A stretch of 64,000 nt of DNA from an uncultured Candidatus Binatia bacterium (GTDB lineage Bacteria > Desulfobacterota > Binatia > Bin18), in the NCBI GenBank assembly GCA_965200965.1, contig OZ241744.1, positions 2,688,001-2,752,000 of the forward strand, written 5' to 3'. Positions 59,415-64,000 of the stretch are shown piece after piece (position 1 is the stretch's first letter; every line of letters begins with the position of its first letter). The notes under the pieces were generated by a model that searched no databases, was not told where the DNA came from, and worked only from the letters and a program-made list of their open reading frames with translations. The translations under genes were made by a program, and so were the position numbers.

Positions 59415-60287
59415 ATGCGACGCTATCGTTCCGTGCTGCTGATTGTGCTGCTGGGGATCGTCCCGGTCATCGCCCTGGTGATCAGCGTGTGGCTGTACTT
59501 TGGCGAACGGCCGGCCGAGCCGCCGGCCGAGCAGGTCGTGGAAGCACAGCCACCCCCGCCGGCCGAACCGCCGCCCCCGCCGGTTGATGTGTGGGCGGCG
59601 GACCGCAACCTGGAGGTCGGCGCACTGCTGACTGCCACCGATATCGTCGCCGTACCGATCGAGGCCGCGGCCGTCCGTTCGGATCACCTGCGCCGTGACC
59701 AGACCAGCCTGTCGGAGCTGGTCGGCTCGGTGGTGCGCAAGCAACTGCTGGCCGGTCAGCCGCTCACCTGGACGCAGCTGGTGCGGTCCGGCCAGGACGG
59801 GTTTCTGGCCGCGGCGCTCGCGCCCAACCGCCGGGCCGTGACCATTACGGTCAACCAGGAGACGAGTCACGCCGGCCTCATCTCGCCGGGCGACCGGGTC
59901 GATGTCATCTTCACCATGCAGACCGATAGAGCCAACCCGCTCAGCGCCGTCAGCCGGACGGTCCTGGAAAATATCCGGGTGGTGGCCGTCAACCGGCGGG
60001 TGGAGCCTGTTGCCGGCGAGGCCCAGCCCCAGGACGGCGAAGGCGGCCGGCGGGATGCCAGCCAGACGGTGACGCTCGAAGTCCTGCCCCTGGAGGCCGA
60101 CCGGCTGGTGCTGGCCACCAGCCAGGGGAGCCTGTCGCTGGCGCTGCGCCCGCTCAGCCGGTCCGGCCGCTCAGGCCGCCGTCCACAGAGCGGCGTCGCC
60201 ATGCTCCTGCCCTCCGAGCAAGAGGAACCGGTCCGTGTTCAGGTCTACCGCGGTGCCAGCCGGGAAGAGGTGCTGCTGGCCGAATAG
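59415..60287 (+). CDS. cpaB: Flp pilus assembly protein CpaB/RcpC
   Basis: N-terminal TM, SAF domain, RAVTI, PGDRVDVI, VTLEV, LSLALR. Confidence 0.92.
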   Translation: MRRYRSVLLIVLLGIVPVIALVISVWLYFGERPAEPPAEQVVEAQPPPPAEPPPPPVDVWAADRNLEVGALLTATDIVAVPIEAAAVRSDHLRRDQTSLSELVGSVVRKQLLAGQPLTWTQLVRSGQDGFLAAALAPNRRAVTITVNQETSHAGLISPGDRVDVIFTMQTDRANPLSAVSRTVLENIRVVAVNRRVEPVAGEAQPQDGEGGRRDASQTVTLEVLPLEADRLVLATSQGSLSLALRPLSRSGRSGRRPQSGVAMLLPSEQEEPVRVQVYRGASREEVLLAE

Positions 60288-60296
60288 ACCGCCGGC

Positions 60297-61259
60297 CTAG
60301 CCGTTCAAGCTGCGCAGGGCCTCAAGGGCCATCAGGGCACCCGGCCCGGCAACCAGCAGAATCGTGCCCGGCGTCACCAGCAGCAGCATGGGCATACTCA
60401 TCAGCACCGGCAGGCGCTCAATCTGGGCGGCGATGCGGGCCGCCCGCTGGAGGCGCTCGCTGGCGGCAATGTTCTGCATGGACTGGGTGAGCGGTGTGCC
60501 ATAGCGCTCGCCCTGCACAATGGCGGTGGCCAGGTCGCGCAGCCCCTCTATTTCGGTCCGGGCGTACAGGTCATTCAGGACGGTCTTGCGGTCAGCCCCA
60601 ATGCGGAGTTCGGCCTCAACCTGGCTGAACTCCCGGGCCAGGTCGGGGGTCAGCGACCCGAGCTCCTGGGCAACCCTGGTCAGCGAGCGATCAAAGGTCA
60701 GGCTGGATTCCAGGCACAGGGTCAGCAGGTCAAGGGCGTCGGGCAGGGCGGCGACCATTCTGCGGTGCCGGCGGGCGACCAGATAGCGCAGGCCCATCTC
60801 GGGCAGCATCCCGCCGATCACCGCCCCAAACAGCCCGGCCATGATAATCAGCAGGGTATAACTCCCCAGCAACTCACTGTGTGCCGCCCAGAAGCCGGTC
60901 AGCAGGCCGCCGGCCAGGGTGACGACGAGCTTGATGGCCATGAACACCGACAGGGCGTCGGCCTGTCGGAAATCGGCCTTGCCGAGGAGGCGGCGCAGTT
61001 TTTCCCGCTCGTCAATCCCGACCGGGACCAGCATGGAGGTAGACTTGAGGACGCCAAACAAGACCTTCAGGTGCAGGGGGCGGCCCGAGGCTGTGCCGCG
61101 GGCGCGGGTCCTGGGTTCATCATGGACCGCCCGGGCCCGGGTCCGTACCCGCCTCAGCCGACGGTCAAGCACCTTGCTCCGGTGGACCTCCTGCCACGCC
61201 AGACGGCCTGAGACCGCCATAACAGGCAGGCCAACACCAAGGATCAGCAGGATGAACAT
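60297..61259 (-). CDS. tadC: Tad pilus assembly protein TadC (T2SS F family)
   Basis: LPDALDLL.LCLE, QGERYGTP. Confidence 0.9.
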   Translation of the reverse strand: MFILLILGVGLPVMAVSGRLAWQEVHRSKVLDRRLRRVRTRARAVHDEPRTRARGTASGRPLHLKVLFGVLKSTSMLVPVGIDEREKLRRLLGKADFRQADALSVFMAIKLVVTLAGGLLTGFWAAHSELLGSYTLLIIMAGLFGAVIGGMLPEMGLRYLVARRHRRMVAALPDALDLLTLCLESSLTFDRSLTRVAQELGSLTPDLAREFSQVEAELRIGADRKTVLNDLYARTEIEGLRDLATAIVQGERYGTPLTQSMQNIAASERLQRAARIAAQIERLPVLMSMPMLLLVTPGTILLVAGPGALMALEALRSLNG

Positions 61260-61328
61260 AGGGGGCTCCTCCGTCTCGGGAGTGAAGGTATCGCCGTCCT
61301 CTCGATCTGGCGACAGGTTCACTCCTTC

Positions 61329-62360
61329 TCAGCGGACGACGCGGGCGGCCAGGCTGCGGGCTACGATCAGCCCAAGGACGACACCGCCAATGCCGTAGCG
61401 TAGCAGGCTGGTGCCCGAGTCGGTAGAGAACAGGATTTCGACCGCCTCCGGGTTGGTGAGATGCTGAAAGGCCAGTACCGCGACCGGAATCGCGGCGATA
61501 ATCATCAGGGTCAGCCGGGTCTGGGCGGTGGCGCTCTGGGCCTTGAGGGTGGTTTCACGGCGGGCGCGCAGGGTGGCCGACAGATTGCCGAGCGTGCCCG
61601 AGATCGCCCCGCCGGTCGTCCGTTGCAGGCACACCGCGGAGGCAAACAGGGTAAACTCGGAGATGCGCACCCGGGCCGCAGTGCCACGGATGACGGTCTC
61701 TGGGTCAAGGCCAGCGTCTGTGCCTTCCTTGATTGAGCCCAACACCTTGCTGACCGGCGGCTGGACCTCATCGGCTACCGCGGCGATGGCTTCTGTTGAG
61801 GGCAGGCCGGCCCGCATCAGGCGCACCACATGGTCTACGGCCTCGGGGAAGAGCCGCAGAAACTCGGCCCGCCGGCGGGAGTCCTGGAGGGCCAACACGG
61901 CATAGCTGGCCGCCAGCCAGCTGAGCAGGGCCAGCGCCACGCCCGAGGCCAGTCCAAAGCGGGTGAAGAGTGCCACGATACAGACCACGAGGCCGGCCAG
62001 TCCGGCCAGGCCGAGCGCTTTGGGCAGGGCTTTGTCGGCCTCCAGCATGGAGAACTTGTGCTCAATCCGGTCCAGCAGCCAGGAGTTGGCCCGCTGCTGG
62101 CGGAAGACGCTGATCTCGACCGGGGCCTCACCGTCGGCTTGGGCCTCACCGCTCAGCGGGGCGGCCACCCGCCGCAGCCGGCGGTCAAGGGCTTTGCGCT
62201 CATTGCGGCTATCGAGCCACAGGATGACGCCGAGGGCGACGACGAGCAGGGCGGTCAGCCCGCTGATCAGCGCCAGCATCAGGCTGCCGGCCATCGCCAG
62301 GACGACCACGAGCGGGATCAGCACGCCCACCACACAGGCGACAAGCACCACCGGGGTCAT
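61329..62360 (-). CDS. tadB: Tad pilus assembly protein TadB (T2SS F family)
   Basis: FPEAVD..VR.MRAG, QRTTGG, L.NLS.TLR.R. Confidence 0.9.
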   Translation of the reverse strand: MTPVVLVACVVGVLIPLVVVLAMAGSLMLALISGLTALLVVALGVILWLDSRNERKALDRRLRRVAAPLSGEAQADGEAPVEISVFRQQRANSWLLDRIEHKFSMLEADKALPKALGLAGLAGLVVCIVALFTRFGLASGVALALLSWLAASYAVLALQDSRRRAEFLRLFPEAVDHVVRLMRAGLPSTEAIAAVADEVQPPVSKVLGSIKEGTDAGLDPETVIRGTAARVRISEFTLFASAVCLQRTTGGAISGTLGNLSATLRARRETTLKAQSATAQTRLTLMIIAAIPVAVLAFQHLTNPEAVEILFSTDSGTSLLRYGIGGVVLGLIVARSLAARVVR

Positions 62361-63772
62361 GCCGCAACCTCCACCTTGGCTCCGCTCTCCTGGAGCACTT
62401 CCATCAGTTCGGCCCGCAGGCCGGCGGCCTCCACCGCTTCCATCCACGAGGGCTGACGGCCCGCGCCCTCAAACACATGCGCCTCGCCCGGCCTCCGCCG
62501 CCACATCTCTTCGGTCGTGACGATCTCGCCTTCCAGCCCGGCCACATCGGTGATGCTGGTCACACAGCGGTGGCCGGAGCGCAGCCGGGCCATCTGGACG
62601 ATGATATCAAGGGCCGACACAATCTGTCGTCGGATGGCCATCAGCGGCATGTTGCTGGCGGTCATCATCAGCATATTCTCCAGCCGCATCAGCGCGTCAC
62701 GGGGGTTGTTGGCGTGGACGGTACACATGGAGCCGGGGTGGCCGGTGTTCATCGCCTGCAACATTTCGTTGGCTTCTTCGCCCCGGACTTCACCGACAAT
62801 GATCCGGTCGGGCCGCATCCGCAGGGCGTTAATCAGCAACTCCCGGATCGTGACCTCGCCCGTGCCCTCGGCGCTCATGGTGCGCGTTTCCAGCCGGACG
62901 ACATGCGGCTGCTGGAGTTGGAGTTCGGCCGAGTCTTCGATGGTCACGAGCCGATCGGTATGGCTGATCTCGCGCGACAGGGCGTTCATGAAGGTCGTCT
63001 TGCCGGCCCCGGTACCGCCGGCAATCAGGATGTTCAGCCGGGCTTTGACGCACAGCTGGAGCAGTGTAGCCATGACGGGGGTGAAGGTATGACGGGCGGC
63101 CATTTCTTCGAGGCCGATGCCCTTGACCACAAAGCGGCGGATGGAGATGGCCGCCCCGTCAAGGGCCAGCGGCGGAATAATGATATTGACCCGGCTGCCG
63201 TCGGGCAGGCGAGCATCCACCATCGGGCTGGCCTCGTCTACCCGTCGGCCAACCCAGCCGGCGATGCGCTGGGCAATGTTCAGCAGGTGTTGCTCGTCGC
63301 GGAAGCGGATGTCTACCGGCTCCAGCTTGCCCCGGCGTTCGACATAGACCGACTTGGTGCCGTTGACCAGGATGTCGGAGATATGCGGGTCATTGAACAG
63401 CGGCTCCAGCGGGCCAAGCCCCTTGATGTCGTCTACCAGCCGGCTGACGACCTTCTGGCGGTCAAGCGGGGTCAACTCCGCGGCAGGGGAGTCATCCTGA
63501 TCGAGAAAGGCCCGGAGTTGGACGGCGAGCGCGTCACGGTCCAGTTCAGCGGCCTTGGCCATATCGAGGTTCTGGACAATGACCGGGTGTAACTCCGCGG
63601 CCTTGTCGGCGATCAGGCTCGAGTCGGTTGAGGTGCGGACCGGGGCGATGGATTCGACCGGCTCGGCGACTGCCGGCGCGTCCCCGCGGTCCTGGACCGG
63701 CTCAGCGCTTTTGTGTTCCCGGGCCTGTTCCGAGGCCGTCTTGGGCCGGCGTCCAAAAAGGCTGCGTGCCAT
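62357..63772 (-). CDS. cpaF: Tad secretion ATPase CpaF/TadA
   Basis: [46 protein letters not shown]. Confidence 0.96.
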   Translation of the reverse strand: MARSLFGRRPKTASEQAREHKSAEPVQDRGDAPAVAEPVESIAPVRTSTDSSLIADKAAELHPVIVQNLDMAKAAELDRDALAVQLRAFLDQDDSPAAELTPLDRQKVVSRLVDDIKGLGPLEPLFNDPHISDILVNGTKSVYVERRGKLEPVDIRFRDEQHLLNIAQRIAGWVGRRVDEASPMVDARLPDGSRVNIIIPPLALDGAAISIRRFVVKGIGLEEMAARHTFTPVMATLLQLCVKARLNILIAGGTGAGKTTFMNALSREISHTDRLVTIEDSAELQLQQPHVVRLETRTMSAEGTGEVTIRELLINALRMRPDRIIVGEVRGEEANEMLQAMNTGHPGSMCTVHANNPRDALMRLENMLMMTASNMPLMAIRRQIVSALDIIVQMARLRSGHRCVTSITDVAGLEGEIVTTEEMWRRRPGEAHVFEGAGRQPSWMEAVEAAGLRAELMEVLQESGAKVEVAA

Positions 63773-63799
63773 TGTCTCTCCTTGCTGAGTGGTTCAATT

Positions 63800-63836
63800 C
63801 CCTCCCCCCGTGAGGGGGAGGGCTGGGGAGGGGGGT
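63800..63836. repeat. REP-like extragenic palindrome
   Basis: CCCTCCCCCC-GTGA-GGGGGAGGG followed by CTGGGGAGGGGGGT. Confidence 0.65.
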
Positions 63837-63846
63837 CTTCAAACAC

Positions 63847-63999
63847 TCATCCCTCATCCCTCTCTTGCGCCAGCGACACCGCCTGGCGCGTCAGACTGCT
63901 GACAAACTGCTCAAGGGCCGCGCGATACTTCTTGCTCAGGTTGCGCTCTGGCCAGCCGTGATTGGTCGCCGCCGGCAGGGCCGGTTCAAACGGAATCGT
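63847..63999 (-). CDS. 3' end of a probable CpaE/TadZ pilus assembly protein (partial)
   Basis: TIPFEPALPAATNHGWP...AALEQFV; position directly upstream of cpaF. Confidence 0.6.
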   Translation of the reverse strand, partial: TIPFEPALPAATNHGWPERNLSKKYRAALEQFVSSLTRQAVSLAQERDEG

Positions 64000-64000
64000 C

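Overview
This is a GC-rich bacterial chromosome segment spanning the replication origin (hemL <- -> dnaA-oriC-dnaN-gyrB-gyrA). The gene content (split F0-only atp operon, several amidohydrolases, DUF1329, glcDEF, Tad pilus) suggests a deltaproteobacterial-grade organism, possibly Binatia; that assignment is inference. Most of the window is housekeeping or metabolic. Features not obvious from the ORF track: (1) oriC contains nine perfect DnaA boxes in an 11-bp tandem array; (2) a peroxiredoxin overlapping the gyrA stop has an in-frame TGA at its catalytic Cys position followed by a hairpin (probable selenoprotein); (3) an exact 273-bp in-frame tandem duplication in atpZ/atpI creates a chimeric ORF; (4) a complete PvuII-like R-C-M system is flanked by a 47-bp direct repeat and has no integrase; (5) an ion channel-YbjN-PspA-DUF4178 / lipoprotein-DUF350-SpeE / SpeD cluster is split by a decayed island that truncates a Uma2 gene and a PstI/BsuBI-like methylase; (6) an uncharacterised two-gene module pairs a small YHGYP-motif protein with a frameshifted ImmA/IrrE-like protein lacking HExxH; (7) several enzymes carry substitutions at normally conserved catalytic residues. 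All family assignments are from motif recognition, not database searches.
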